A stretch of DNA of 64,000 nucleotides. Origin: an uncultured bacterium. Lineage in GTDB: Bacteria; Patescibacteriota; Minisyncoccia; Moranbacterales; GWC2-37-73. The notes beneath the pieces were generated by a model. That model was not told the DNA's origin, did not search any database, and saw only the letters and a list, made by a program, of their open reading frames with translations. Below are positions 9,589 through 19,774 of this stretch, piece after piece. A program made the position numbers and the translations under genes. How positions within the stretch are numbered: the stretch's first letter is position 1; every line of letters starts with the position of its first letter. The stretch spans positions 28,289 to 92,288 of the forward strand of contig CAINNK010000045.1 of assembly GCA_903851135.1 (NCBI GenBank), in the 5' to 3' direction.

Positions 9589-9626
9589 TTAAAGGCATGT
9601 GAGATAATATTCTTGCATGCCTTTAA
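9589..9626 (+). terminator. Hairpin, probable terminator
   Basis: TTAAAGGCATGTGAGA..TCTTGCATGCCTTTAA. Confidence 0.6.
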
Positions 9627-9717
9627 AAATATCCAAAAACCTTTTTATATGAATTGCTATTCTTGAAAATTGTTTTTTGTGCTATAATTTTTGTATAAAT
9701 AAAAATCAATTTTTACT

Positions 9718-11217
9718 ATGGCATTTTTCAATAAAATTTTTCCTGGAATTAATTTTGCAGATGAGCAAAATTCAAAAAAAGAAAATTTAGCAAAAACAAA
9801 AAATCCAAACTTGACGAAGAAAGTTCCAATCTTAATTACTGATGGCGGTAAAGCTGCTGCCGGAAAAGCTGCTCCGCAAAAGATTCAAAAAACTGATCCA
9901 GAAAAAATGGAAAAAGATTTGGCCAGGCTTGTTGAAGTTGCCAACACTTTCGCGGATGAATATGAAAATAGGATCAACAAGGTGCTTGACTCGAAAAATT
10001 TCAACGATGAGCAGCTTGCTGTTATTGAAGAAGAAATCAATCCAGTTTTTGACGCACTGTGGAATTTTGTTCAGCGTTATGATCAGGGTGAGCGATCGTC
10101 TGAAATTTTCAATGGGTTGCGAGATTGCATGCGCAATGCAGAAGCTTTTTTGTTGGAACTTTCACAGTTTCAAAATGAAGGCAAACAAATTATTTTAGAG
10201 GAGGAGAAAAAAAGTTCCAGTGAGGAATTGTTTCAGGTTTGTCGGACTATGGTGGTGGAAACTTTTCAATTGCTGGATGAAGAAATTGGCAGACTTTTGC
10301 CTGGGGAAGATGAGCTGCCGGAAGAAGCATATTTTTTGGACAAATTGAATGAGCTGGAATATGACAATCTGAGTGGTCAGGAAGAAGCTGAGATAGCTGA
10401 GATGCTGAGCATCTTGAAAGCGGAAATTTCCAAGAGTTGGTTGGTCAAGAAAAGGGAATTTGGCAACTATGAATTGGCATGGAAAGCTCAAAATGAAAAA
10501 AGAAGAATATCCGTCAAGGCAGAAATTGAAAATGAACAAACAATACGAGATAATGTTGAAGAAATCTCAGCGAAAAAAGAGGATGATGGTTTGATGCGAC
10601 TGAAAAACTTGGCTGAACAAATCAGAAATCGCGTGCACTACATTGACAAAAATGATTTTGCTAGAAAAGCTGTTTCAAGTAAAGACAAGGTTTATGATTT
10701 TGATTTGCGCAGGGACTTGGCTTATTTTTTGGCAAATAATCAGTTTTTGACGGAAGTGGAAGCGGGAGTTAAAATTGCAAAGACGGCGGCGGATTTTCAA
10801 AAGTTTGAAACTTTGATTTTGCAAGCAGCCGACAATGAAAATATCGGTTATGTGGTTTATGGCGAGCGAACATATATCGTGGATATTGTGGAAATTGAAA
10901 CGCAAAATGGACCCCGTGCTGCGACACAACAGCGGCAGCTGAAAACGGGCGCGGAATTCCCGATGGAATTGCTGAAGGATTTCAAAAAGACCGCCATTGT
11001 TTTTGCGGAAAATTTGAAAAAAGAATCGCAAGAGGAAGTCACGGACATCATCACACAAGAAGAGCAAACTGCTTTGATTAGAATTTTCACTAAGCGCTTT
11101 TTGCGAGAAGTGATTTCGGAGAAAGAAAATTTGCTGCAAGCAAAAATCTTTCAAAACAAAAATGAAAGGGAAAAATTTGTGGAATTTGTTTGTGAATCTA
11201 TTTTTAAGAAAGTTTAA
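9718..11217 (+). CDS. Hypothetical acidic alpha-helical protein
   Basis: 499-aa ORF with TGcTATAAT promoter upstream; no recognised motif. Confidence 0.8.
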   Translation: MAFFNKIFPGINFADEQNSKKENLAKTKNPNLTKKVPILITDGGKAAAGKAAPQKIQKTDPEKMEKDLARLVEVANTFADEYENRINKVLDSKNFNDEQLAVIEEEINPVFDALWNFVQRYDQGERSSEIFNGLRDCMRNAEAFLLELSQFQNEGKQIILEEEKKSSSEELFQVCRTMVVETFQLLDEEIGRLLPGEDELPEEAYFLDKLNELEYDNLSGQEEAEIAEMLSILKAEISKSWLVKKREFGNYELAWKAQNEKRRISVKAEIENEQTIRDNVEEISAKKEDDGLMRLKNLAEQIRNRVHYIDKNDFARKAVSSKDKVYDFDLRRDLAYFLANNQFLTEVEAGVKIAKTAADFQKFETLILQAADNENIGYVVYGERTYIVDIVEIETQNGPRAATQQRQLKTGAEFPMELLKDFKKTAIVFAENLKKESQEEVTDIITQEEQTALIRIFTKRFLREVISEKENLLQAKIFQNKNEREKFVEFVCESIFKKV

Positions 11218-11234
11218 ATATATTGCTGAATAAT

Positions 11235-14200
11235 ATGGGCGAATTCAAAGGGCCACAAGCCTGGCAACAATATTTGGAAAATTCAAGCAAGAAAACCAAA
11301 GGCACTCCTGAGCAGGAGGCTGAGTTTGCAAGTGCTGAGAAAAAAACTATCGAAGAATTGTTTTCGGAAACGCAAAGTTTTGATGACATTGTGGCGGCGG
11401 CTGAAGCTGTTGGCGAAATTCAGGATGGCAAAAAAACTTATACGGCCGCAAATCTCGAAACAATTTTTGCAGCGGTAAAGAAAGATAAAAGTGCCTTGAT
11501 TAATGTGCCGGCAGTTTTCGGTTTGAGGGAGGCGGCCAGTAAAGCTTTGGAAGCAATTGCTCGATTGGAGTATGAACGAAACTTGGAAAATTTATTTGGA
11601 GAATTTAAAACCCTGTTTGAGGCTGATGATTTTACTGGAGTTTTTGAAGCAATGAAAGATAATACTGACTTTGATTTGAAAACAAAAAAAACTAAACTAG
11701 AAGATGAATATAAAAAAATAAGCAAAATATTTGAGCCTGAAAAACTGGCTAATCCTGGTGATGGAAAAACTTTAGGAGAAATTCGTGAAATTTCCGAGCA
11801 GGCAAAGGCAATGCTGGACGCCTATAAAACTAAAGCGGATAATGCTCTCGGAAATCAAGGAGTTAAAGAGTCAAAAGAAAAAATTGAGAAAAAATTTGAT
11901 CCGCAAAATATTGAACAATTATTAGCTAGAGGAGAAACCATTAAGGTTAAAATTGTAAGAGCCAATGGTCTTGAAGAGGATTGGTTGATTGATAATATAG
12001 TTGGTTCAGATGTAATTATTAGTAAAGTTGATGTTACCACGGGAAAGTCTTCAACATTAAATGAAAATCTTAGTAATCTGAAGAAGTATAATACCGATAC
12101 TTATAAGGCTAAGAAAGTAGTTGATCCAAAAGATGATGATGCAGAAAGAGCAAAAATTGAGGAGAAGGTCAAATTTGTAGAAAAATCTGAAGAGAAAAAT
12201 AAAGAGAAAAAAACTGAAAAGCAGAAACTAGAGGCTGAGCAAAGGCTGAAATTTGAATCAAAAAAAGCTGAGGTGGAAAAGAATAATGAAGGAAAAGTAA
12301 AACAGGAAAAAGACACTGAGTTAGTGGAGCGACACAAAAAAATTACTGAAACGATCAAAGAACTTGATGATTGCCGAAAAGTTTACTTGGAAAAAGATTA
12401 TGACAAAACGGCAAAATTGATCAAGATTGGAAAATTTTTCAAGGATGGTTTTGGCGAGAAAAAAGATGCTGCTCAAGAATTTAAAGACAACAGAGAAATC
12501 TCACAAAATGATAAGGAAAACAAGGATTATAAGAAGGAATATGACGATAAACTGAGAGAGCTTCAGGAATTGATTTTGGCTGATGCCAAAAAGCGAGATC
12601 TTTCAAATGAAGAATTGGCAAAACTTTATGCCAGTTTCAGAATTGAGCAAAGACTTACGCTCGCCGATGAACATGATAAAGTTAAGGTTGATAAAATAAC
12701 AGGGACTGGCTATGGTTGGGCGAAAAAGGGAATTAAAGATGTAGCTAATTGGTATCAGAAGTTGGATTGGAAATACAAACTTGCAATTGCTGGCGGACTT
12801 ATGGTAACTGGGGCTGGAGTTGCAGGTTTTACATTGGCTGGTGTCACGGTTGCAGGGGCGGGTGCTACTGCTTCATCTGTTTTTGCTGGGGTTTTGACAG
12901 GCAGAAGACTCTTTGGTGGAGTCGCGGCTGGAGTTGGTGCAAAGGGAGGACTCGAAGTTCGAGGGCAAGCGCGAGATCAAAAGGAAATTGAAAGAGAGCA
13001 AAAAAAAATCTTTGAAGAGTTGGAAAAAGTAAAAGAACAGGATAAAAAATATCAAGAACTTGCAGCTAAATTTGATGATATTATTACAAAAGAAGGGCCA
13101 GATGCTCTAAAAAAAATCAAAAATCAAGATCTTCGTCAAAATCTTTCTGCTGCTGCTACGGGGGTTTTTCTTGGATCTGGTTTAGCTGGAGAATTATTTA
13201 AAATGGGTTTTCATGGGGTTGTGGAATACTTTCAATTAGAACATGCATCTGTTGTTGGTGGCGCTAGTGCTCCTCCTTCAGCAGCAGAGCAACTAAAGGC
13301 CATAGAGGAACTTCAAGGAAAAGGAGGTGGAGCTTCATCAGGAAGTCCTGTTATTGAAAAATCTGGCATATTTTCCGGACACCATTCTATGGAAGCCCCA
13401 GCTGTCCCTGGTTCTAGTGAAACCCTGACAATCAACAAGGGTAGTAGTATTGAGGCTACTTTGAGAGATCATTTGGTGAAAAAATTCCCGGATGCGAAAA
13501 ATCAAGGAAAACTGGCGCACCAGATTTGGCATAATTATATGACTGCCAATAAAGTTTCCATTATTGAAAAAGTTGGTCAAGGTGAATATGACAAAATGCT
13601 CAAAGATGGAATGGTTAATGTTAAAGAAGGCACGAAATTGATTTTTGATGAAAGTGACCCTGGCAAATTAAAATTGGTTGATATTGGTGGAAAAATTTCT
13701 CATTTGAATGTGCATGAACACGTGGCTTCGCACGCAGACGCAGCAGCCCAGCCAATTGCGGAAGCAGCTGCTCCAGCAGTTGAGAACGTTGCCAATGATG
13801 CAGCAGGCTCAGTTCCGGTAGCTGACAGTACACCTTATAATATCGGAACAATTCCTTCAGAGCCGTATAATCCATTTGGAAATCCTGCTAGCTACGGAGA
13901 TCACTTAGCGGTGGGTAATGAAGTTGACCCTGAGATTGATACCGCGGGTTTGGTATATGCGGATGGTCATCAAAGAGTAATTAGTTCTACTGAAAAAATT
14001 ATTTTCGAGTTTGTAGATAAACGGCCATTTATTCAGAATAATCATCGAGAAGGTCTACACGCTGTTAGAAAAATATTTTTTCCAAATGCGAGGGAATATA
14101 ATTTACATAAGGGAGCAAATGTTTATGAGACAATGCAGCGTTACAAAGCAAGTTTGTCACCAAAAGGCAGAAGAATTGCGGAGGTACTTTTAAAATCAAA

Positions 14201-14276
14201 AGAATTTGCGCCTAGCGATAAAGACATTAATGTTGAGAAGTGGACAAGAGAAATAACTTCTAAACTAGCAGCTTAA
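11235..14276 (+). CDS. Large coiled-coil protein with glycine-zipper hydrophobic segments and a possible LysM-like domain
   Basis: ~1013 aa; K/E-rich coils; 'LAIAGGLMVTGAGVAGFTLAGVTVAGAGA..' segment; 'LTINKGSSIEATL..VKEGTKL' region; ATG at 11235 preferred over TTG at 11223. Confidence 0.75.
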   Translation: MGEFKGPQAWQQYLENSSKKTKGTPEQEAEFASAEKKTIEELFSETQSFDDIVAAAEAVGEIQDGKKTYTAANLETIFAAVKKDKSALINVPAVFGLREAASKALEAIARLEYERNLENLFGEFKTLFEADDFTGVFEAMKDNTDFDLKTKKTKLEDEYKKISKIFEPEKLANPGDGKTLGEIREISEQAKAMLDAYKTKADNALGNQGVKESKEKIEKKFDPQNIEQLLARGETIKVKIVRANGLEEDWLIDNIVGSDVIISKVDVTTGKSSTLNENLSNLKKYNTDTYKAKKVVDPKDDDAERAKIEEKVKFVEKSEEKNKEKKTEKQKLEAEQRLKFESKKAEVEKNNEGKVKQEKDTELVERHKKITETIKELDDCRKVYLEKDYDKTAKLIKIGKFFKDGFGEKKDAAQEFKDNREISQNDKENKDYKKEYDDKLRELQELILADAKKRDLSNEELAKLYASFRIEQRLTLADEHDKVKVDKITGTGYGWAKKGIKDVANWYQKLDWKYKLAIAGGLMVTGAGVAGFTLAGVTVAGAGATASSVFAGVLTGRRLFGGVAAGVGAKGGLEVRGQARDQKEIEREQKKIFEELEKVKEQDKKYQELAAKFDDIITKEGPDALKKIKNQDLRQNLSAAATGVFLGSGLAGELFKMGFHGVVEYFQLEHASVVGGASAPPSAAEQLKAIEELQGKGGGASSGSPVIEKSGIFSGHHSMEAPAVPGSSETLTINKGSSIEATLRDHLVKKFPDAKNQGKLAHQIWHNYMTANKVSIIEKVGQGEYDKMLKDGMVNVKEGTKLIFDESDPGKLKLVDIGGKISHLNVHEHVASHADAAAQPIAEAAAPAVENVANDAAGSVPVADSTPYNIGTIPSEPYNPFGNPASYGDHLAVGNEVDPEIDTAGLVYADGHQRVISSTEKIIFEFVDKRPFIQNNHREGLHAVRKIFFPNAREYNLHKGANVYETMQRYKASLSPKGRRIAEVLLKSKEFAPSDKDINVEKWTREITSKLAA

Positions 14277-14300
14277 AATAAATAATTTTAAAACAAACAT

Positions 14301-14447
14301 TCACCCTGTCAAATAATTTTAAAAAATTACTATTTTTTAAAATTAAGATTGGGGTTTATAATAAAAACGTGAAAACTGTTTAAAATAAAAATTATCACAA
14401 GTAAGTTGTGTCTCCCTGTTGAGACCCAATCTTATTTAACAGGGTAT
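14301..14447 (+). mobile_element. 147-bp MITE-like element, family C, copy 2
   Basis: TCACCCTGTCAAATAA...TTATTTAACAGGGTAT termini; homologous to 5610-5761; abuts the ATG at 14448. Confidence 0.8.
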
Positions 14448-14774
14448 ATGACCGATCAAAACGAAGAAATCAACAGTGCGCAGCAGCAGGCCCTTTCGCA
14501 ACTTATTAAGGATTTGGGAATTGACAGTCTGCCGCAGGACAAGCAAAATGAACTTGTCATTAAAATGACCGAAATCTTGCTCAAGCGGATTTTTCTGGAA
14601 ACTATGGATAAATTGGGCGAGCAAGGACGCGAGGAATATGAAAAAATGTCGCAAGGTGAAATTGAACCAGAGCAAGTAGCGGCTTTTTTCAAGGAAAGAA
14701 TCAATAATTACGACGGTCTAGTAGAAGCTATCGTCAAAGATTTTCGCGAAGAAATGTTGGGAGCAAATCAGTAA
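14448..14774 (+). CDS. Small conserved CPR protein (DUF5663-like)
   Basis: 'LIKDLGIDSLPQDKQNEL..LLKRI..INNYDGLVEAIVKDF' pattern; ATG start chosen over the upstream TTG, which lies inside the MITE. Confidence 0.65.
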   Translation: MTDQNEEINSAQQQALSQLIKDLGIDSLPQDKQNELVIKMTEILLKRIFLETMDKLGEQGREEYEKMSQGEIEPEQVAAFFKERINNYDGLVEAIVKDFREEMLGANQ

Positions 14775-14818
14775 TTAGTAGCTAGTAATCAGTAACCAGT
14801 AATTCGGAAATTAAAAAT

Positions 14819-15253
14819 ATGAAAAGTAATTTGGAACCAATTGAAGATAACGACTTGGATTTTGAAGCAAGGTTTAGAAGACCAGCAAACGACAATTTTC
14901 AGGAGAAAGAGATTCCAATTCATGCGGCAGAAAAAGAAATGTCGACAGAGGTCAGTTCAGCTGAAAATGATTCAGCTTATGGCAAAATTCTTTCAAAAGT
15001 TCAGGCACAAACTGATGATGATGTTAATCAGGATGAACTTTCTCAGGATGCTCAAGCCTTGGCTCAAAAAACCGATGCACAATCGAGAGTCAGTTATCTG
15101 ATTGACATTGCTGGACAAAAGGGGGTTGTCTATGCAGTGAAAGTTGCCCGTCAAATGGAAGACAATTATGTTTTGGACAATTTTCATGACAAACTTTTGG
15201 GCAGTGAATTGCACGATGCTTTGGTGGCAAGGGGAATGATTAAAGAACTTTAA
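14819..15253 (+). CDS. Conserved hypothetical protein
   Basis: 'KGVVYAVKVAR..NYVLDNFHDKL' C-terminal block. Confidence 0.75.
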   Translation: MKSNLEPIEDNDLDFEARFRRPANDNFQEKEIPIHAAEKEMSTEVSSAENDSAYGKILSKVQAQTDDDVNQDELSQDAQALAQKTDAQSRVSYLIDIAGQKGVVYAVKVARQMEDNYVLDNFHDKLLGSELHDALVARGMIKEL

Positions 15254-15443
15254 AAAGTTTCTGTAAAACTTTTTAAAGAATTTTTAATTTAAAATTTTTA
15301 ATTTAAAATGAAATCTAAATTCAAGAAATTCTGAAAATTAGGGAATTTAATTGATTTAAAATTTAGGCGTTTAAAATTTAATAAAAATTTCAAATTTCAA
15401 ATTTCAAATTGATTTTAAAATATAAAAAACAAAAATAATACAA

Positions 15444-17924
15444 ATGGACACTCTTGATCTGAATATTTTTATCGTTCCATTGATGTGGTTTTTCTCAATC
15501 GCAGTTTTTGGCAGTGGAATTTTTATGATTCTGCGCAGTTGGTTGAATTTTCGCGCACAGGTGAATCGTAGCATGAACATGGATTTGGAAGTTGTTAGGG
15601 TGACCAAAATTTTCAAAGATAAGAATGAAAAAGCTGGGGATAATCAATCCTGGAAGGAGGAAATTGGTGCGATGGAACAATTACTTGTGACGCTGGCTAG
15701 TATTAAAGAAAAAAAATCCATTCTGGGTCATCTTTTATATAGTGAGCCGTATCTTGCGCTTGAAATTGCCAATCCCTCTAGTAGTGAGGAAATCTTTTTC
15801 TATTTGGCTGTTCCACGCAAATTTCGTGAAAGTATTGAAAAGCAAGTACATAGTTATTTTCCAAACGCTTCGGTGGAAAAAGTTCCAGACTACACAATTT
15901 TCATGCCTGGCAGTTTCACGGCGGCAGCTTCACTGACTTTGAAGCGGGGTCATGCTCTGCCAATTACAACCTATGAGCACATGGACATTGATCCGCTTAA
16001 TGAAATTTCAAACGCTTTGAGCAAATTGGAAACTTTGGATGAAGGGGCGGTGATTCAACTGATCTTGCGACCAGCCGGTAAGGCTTGGCGAAGGCATGGC
16101 AAGGAAATTGCTCACAAAATGCAACAAGGTCAACAACTTAAGGACGCCAACAGTTCCTTGGCAATGGAGCTTGGCAAAGGCGCTATTCAAGTTTTTAGAA
16201 CTAGCAATAATTCGGAAAATCAATTTCAAAAAGGCACGGTTCAACTTACACCAGAAGAGCAAGAATTGCTCAAGAAAATTGAAACCAAATCCAACAAGGT
16301 TGGCTTTAGGGTGAACATTCGGTTGCTCGCCTCAGCCAGAACTCAACAGCGCGCTGATGAAGTGTTGGCTCACATTGAAAATTCCTTTGCTCAGTTTGAA
16401 AATCATGAAGTCAATCATTTTATTGTCAAAAAAAGATTAAAGGGCAAAAAGATTGCCTATGATTATATCTTTAGGAATTTTGACGAAGATAATTCAGTGA
16501 TTCTCTCTACGGAAGAGATTTCCAGTATTTTTCATTTTCCAATCTCTACCACAGAAACTCCGAAAATAAAATGGCTCAAATCCGGAGCGGCGCCACCGCC
16601 AATGAATATTCCCGAGACTGGAATTTTGCTGGGCTATAATGATTATCGGGGTGCAAGAACTGAAATAAGACTAAGCGACAATGATCGACGTCGGCATCTT
16701 TATGCTATTGGGCAAACTGGAACGGGAAAATCTAATTTTCTCCAAGAAATGGCCAAGCAAGATGCGAAAAATGGCAAAGGTTTTTGCTTTATTGATCCTC
16801 ATGGTGATGCGATTGAAGATATTCTGACTTCCATTCCCAAAGAGCGTGCGGAAGATGTGATCATTTTTGATCCTTCTGATATGGAACGCCCATTTGGACT
16901 AAATATGCTTGAATATGATCCGATGCATCCCGAACAAAAAACTTTTGTGATCAATGAAATGATTGGAATTTTCGATCAACTCTATGATTTGAAAGCCACT
17001 GGTGGTCCGATGTTTGAGCAATATGTGCGCAATGCGATGCTTTTGATTATGGAGGACCCGGAATCCGGCAGTACTTTGATGGAAATTTCCAAGGTGTTGG
17101 CTGATGAAGATTTTCGCAAGATGAAACTGACCAAATGCAAAAATCCCGTGGTGTCAGATTTTTGGATCAAGGAAGCTGAAAAGGCTGGAGGGGATGCAGC
17201 CCTGGCCAATATGGTGCCTTACATTACTTCAAAGCTTACAACTTTTGTTTCCAATGACATGATGCGCCCAATCATCGCACAGCAAAAAAGTACGCTCAAT
17301 TTTCGAGAAATCATGGATGATGGAAAAATTTTGTTGGTGAAGCTTTCCAAGGGAAAAATTGGCGAAATCAATGCGCATCTTTTGGGAATGGTGATTGTGG
17401 GGAAAATTTTGATGAACGCTTTGGCCCGTGGGGACATGCCGGAAGATCAAAGGCGAGATTTCTATCTTTATTTGGATGAATTTCAAAATGTCACCACAAA
17501 TTCAATTTCGCAAATTCTTTCTGAGGCGCGAAAATATCGTCTGTGTTTGGTGATTGCCCATCAATTTATTGGACAACTTAGTGAACCAATTTCTAAGGCG
17601 GTTTTCGGTAACGTTGGCTCAATGATTGCCTTGCGAGTCGGTCCGGAAGATGGGGAATTTTTGGAAAAACAATTTGCGCCAATTTTTTCAGCTAGCGACT
17701 TGGTTAATGTTGACAACTACAAAGGTTTTGCGCGGGTGCTGCTTAATGGCGAACTTTCCAAACCTTTTAATGTTAATTTTTATCCCCCAACGCGAGGCAA
17801 TCAGGAAATCGCAAATTATCTCAAGGAACTTTCTCGTCTCAAATATGGTCGCGACGCTGAAATCGTCAATCGTGAAATCATGGAACGCGCCAAATTTGCC
17901 CGACAAGCGAGTTCAGGTTTTTAG
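15444..17924 (+). CDS. VirD4/TraG/HerA-like type IV coupling ATPase
   Basis: N-terminal TM, Walker A 'GQTGTGKS', 'IDPHGD', Walker B 'YLDEFQ', 'LSEARKYRL..AHQ'. Confidence 0.88.
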   Translation: MDTLDLNIFIVPLMWFFSIAVFGSGIFMILRSWLNFRAQVNRSMNMDLEVVRVTKIFKDKNEKAGDNQSWKEEIGAMEQLLVTLASIKEKKSILGHLLYSEPYLALEIANPSSSEEIFFYLAVPRKFRESIEKQVHSYFPNASVEKVPDYTIFMPGSFTAAASLTLKRGHALPITTYEHMDIDPLNEISNALSKLETLDEGAVIQLILRPAGKAWRRHGKEIAHKMQQGQQLKDANSSLAMELGKGAIQVFRTSNNSENQFQKGTVQLTPEEQELLKKIETKSNKVGFRVNIRLLASARTQQRADEVLAHIENSFAQFENHEVNHFIVKKRLKGKKIAYDYIFRNFDEDNSVILSTEEISSIFHFPISTTETPKIKWLKSGAAPPPMNIPETGILLGYNDYRGARTEIRLSDNDRRRHLYAIGQTGTGKSNFLQEMAKQDAKNGKGFCFIDPHGDAIEDILTSIPKERAEDVIIFDPSDMERPFGLNMLEYDPMHPEQKTFVINEMIGIFDQLYDLKATGGPMFEQYVRNAMLLIMEDPESGSTLMEISKVLADEDFRKMKLTKCKNPVVSDFWIKEAEKAGGDAALANMVPYITSKLTTFVSNDMMRPIIAQQKSTLNFREIMDDGKILLVKLSKGKIGEINAHLLGMVIVGKILMNALARGDMPEDQRRDFYLYLDEFQNVTTNSISQILSEARKYRLCLVIAHQFIGQLSEPISKAVFGNVGSMIALRVGPEDGEFLEKQFAPIFSASDLVNVDNYKGFARVLLNGELSKPFNVNFYPPTRGNQEIANYLKELSRLKYGRDAEIVNREIMERAKFARQASSGF

Positions 17925-17951
17925 CCCCAGTGGCGCTTGCCACGGGGTAAA
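17920..17951. repeat. Short palindrome overlapping the stop codon of the ATPase gene; ends resemble family C
   Basis: TTTAGCCCCAGTGGCGCTTGCCACGGGGTAAA. Confidence 0.6.
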
Positions 17952-18008
17952 CGTTCTTAGCTTTTTGGTGGCATTGTTCTTTCTGTGTATTTATGCTAGA
18001 ATATGGCT

Positions 18009-18425
18009 ATGAAAGCGATAAATGAGGAAAAATTAAGAGAAATTGCCCAAAAGCACGAGTTGAAATTGTTGCTGGTTTTTGGTTCGCAGGCAAGTGGAAA
18101 AACGCATAAATTTAGCGATTATGATTTTGGTTTTTTGGCTAATGCTAAGCTTAATTATCAGCAGAAAAGTGAGCTTGAAAATGATTTGGCAAAATTGGTG
18201 GCCTGTCAATTCGTGGAAGTTGTTGATTTGAAAAAAGCCTCTCCTTTTATGCTGAAAGAGATTATTAAAAATAATCAGCTTCTTTTTGAACAGGAATTTG
18301 AATATGAAAATTTCTTTTCCTATGCGGTGCGAACTTATTTGGACGCTGAAAAATTGTTCAATTTGCAAGACCAGCTTTACACCCAGACAATTAAGAAATA
18401 TAAAGAAAAAATATATGCCCAATAA
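18009..18425 (+). CDS. mntA: MntA-type minimal nucleotidyltransferase antitoxin
   Basis: 'VFGSQASG....SDYD' NTase motif; overlaps the HEPN gene; start 18003 or 18009. Confidence 0.85.
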   Translation: MKAINEEKLREIAQKHELKLLLVFGSQASGKTHKFSDYDFGFLANAKLNYQQKSELENDLAKLVACQFVEVVDLKKASPFMLKEIIKNNQLLFEQEFEYENFFSYAVRTYLDAEKLFNLQDQLYTQTIKKYKEKIYAQ

Positions 18426-18837
18426 AGAATTACTTAGGCGGAAAATTAATAAAATTGAAAACTATATTAAGGAAATCGAACCCTTATTAGTGCTAACTAG
18501 CAACGAAATTGTCAGTGATATTTTGAAGTTGCGAACGGTGGAGCGGAATTTTCAATTAATTGTTGACACAATGCTGGATATTAATACGCACATTATTTCT
18601 AGTGAAAATCTTAAAACTCCTGAAACCTTGCAAGAAACCTTTTTAATACTTGGTGATGGTGGTGTTTTGCCAGTTGATTTCGTCAAAAAGATTGCTCCTG
18701 TGGTTGGCCTGCGAAATATTGTGGTGCATGAATATGAAAAAGTGGATAACGAAAAAATGATGCAAGACCTCAAGGACGGAATTTCCCAGTTTGGCGAGTA
18801 TCTTATCAGTATTGATAATTTTTTGCAAAAAGCTTAG
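18415..18837 (+). CDS. hepT: HepT-type HEPN RNase toxin (DUF86)
   Basis: 'VERNFQLIV' and 'GLRNIVVHEY' Rx4HxY motif; real start MPNKE. Confidence 0.85.
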   Translation: MPNKELLRRKINKIENYIKEIEPLLVLTSNEIVSDILKLRTVERNFQLIVDTMLDINTHIISSENLKTPETLQETFLILGDGGVLPVDFVKKIAPVVGLRNIVVHEYEKVDNEKMMQDLKDGISQFGEYLISIDNFLQKA

Positions 18838-18867
18838 TCTTTTTTGGAATTCAAAATATAAAAACAA

Positions 18868-18899
18868 AAAAATCCCGCTTCTTTGGAAGCGGGATTTTT
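18868..18899. terminator. Bidirectional intrinsic terminator
   Basis: AAAAATCCCGCTTC..GAAGCGGGATTTTT. Confidence 0.8.
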
Positions 18900-18928
18900 G
18901 AAAATAAAATAAAGAAGATGAGGAGTAT

Positions 18929-19615
18929 TTATTTAGCGGGTCTCTTGATAATTAAATCTTGTGCTGGGTTGTCGGTTTTGAGATTATCGATAATTTTTTC
19001 AGCAACGTCATCAACTAGCATATATTCTTTGATATCATCGGGATATTTTTCTTGATAAATTTCAGTTTGCATTCCTCCCGGATAAATGGCGTATATTTTG
19101 ATGTCTTCTGAGACTTCTTTTCTGATTGATTCAGTCAGGCCCTTTATTGCAAATTTTGAGGAGCAATAGGCGCTTATCAATGGTTTTCCATCAAGACCAG
19201 CCGTTGAATCGACATTTATTATGGTCCCACTTTTCTGAGTTTTCATAATTTTTAAAGCTACTTGGCAACCATAAAAATAACCAAAAAAATTAATATCAAA
19301 CAATCTTTTTAGTTTAGCGATATTTACATCCTCGACTAAGCTAGGGGCAATTTGGATGCCAGCATTATTAATCCAAATATCAATCACACCATATTTACTG
19401 ATAACATAGGTGGCAAGATTTTCGAGGTCTTCTGACTTCGTTACATCAGCCAAAGAAAAGTCTGCTGATATTTCCTGGCTTACTTTTTTCAAATCTTCAA
19501 TGTTGTCACTTGAAACAATCACTCGGCAATTTTCTTTTTTAAAAAACTCAGCCAATGATTTTCCAAAGCCCTTACTTCCGCCAGTGATAATAACTACCTT
19601 ATTTGTTAGGTTCAT
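18929..19615 (-). CDS. Short-chain dehydrogenase/reductase
   Basis: 'TGGSKGFG', 'INNAG', YxxxK 'YCSSK'. Confidence 0.93.
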   Translation of the reverse strand: MNLTNKVVIITGGSKGFGKSLAEFFKKENCRVIVSSDNIEDLKKVSQEISADFSLADVTKSEDLENLATYVISKYGVIDIWINNAGIQIAPSLVEDVNIAKLKRLFDINFFGYFYGCQVALKIMKTQKSGTIINVDSTAGLDGKPLISAYCSSKFAIKGLTESIRKEVSEDIKIYAIYPGGMQTEIYQEKYPDDIKEYMLVDDVAEKIIDNLKTDNPAQDLIIKRPAK

Positions 19616-19674
19616 AATTCTATAATTATGTTATTAATTAAGCCTTAATTAAGAATATCTAAAATAGTATTTTT

Positions 19675-19774
19675 CATTTGTAGATTTGTAGCCAATGTGT
19701 AGATTTATGGGTTCTTCGTAAATTCGTATCTGCTTCGCCTGCCTGCCGGTAGGCAGGTAATTCGTAGAGAATTC
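19675..19774 (-). repeat. Family B repeat element containing an extra 20-bp palindrome
   Basis: Reverse complement aligns with 2530-2607, plus CCTGCCTGCCGGTAGGCAGG at 19738-19757. Confidence 0.8.

Noticed and set aside
18009-18837. MntA-HepT pair as a novel system
   Set aside because: Standard, well-described type VII TA architecture
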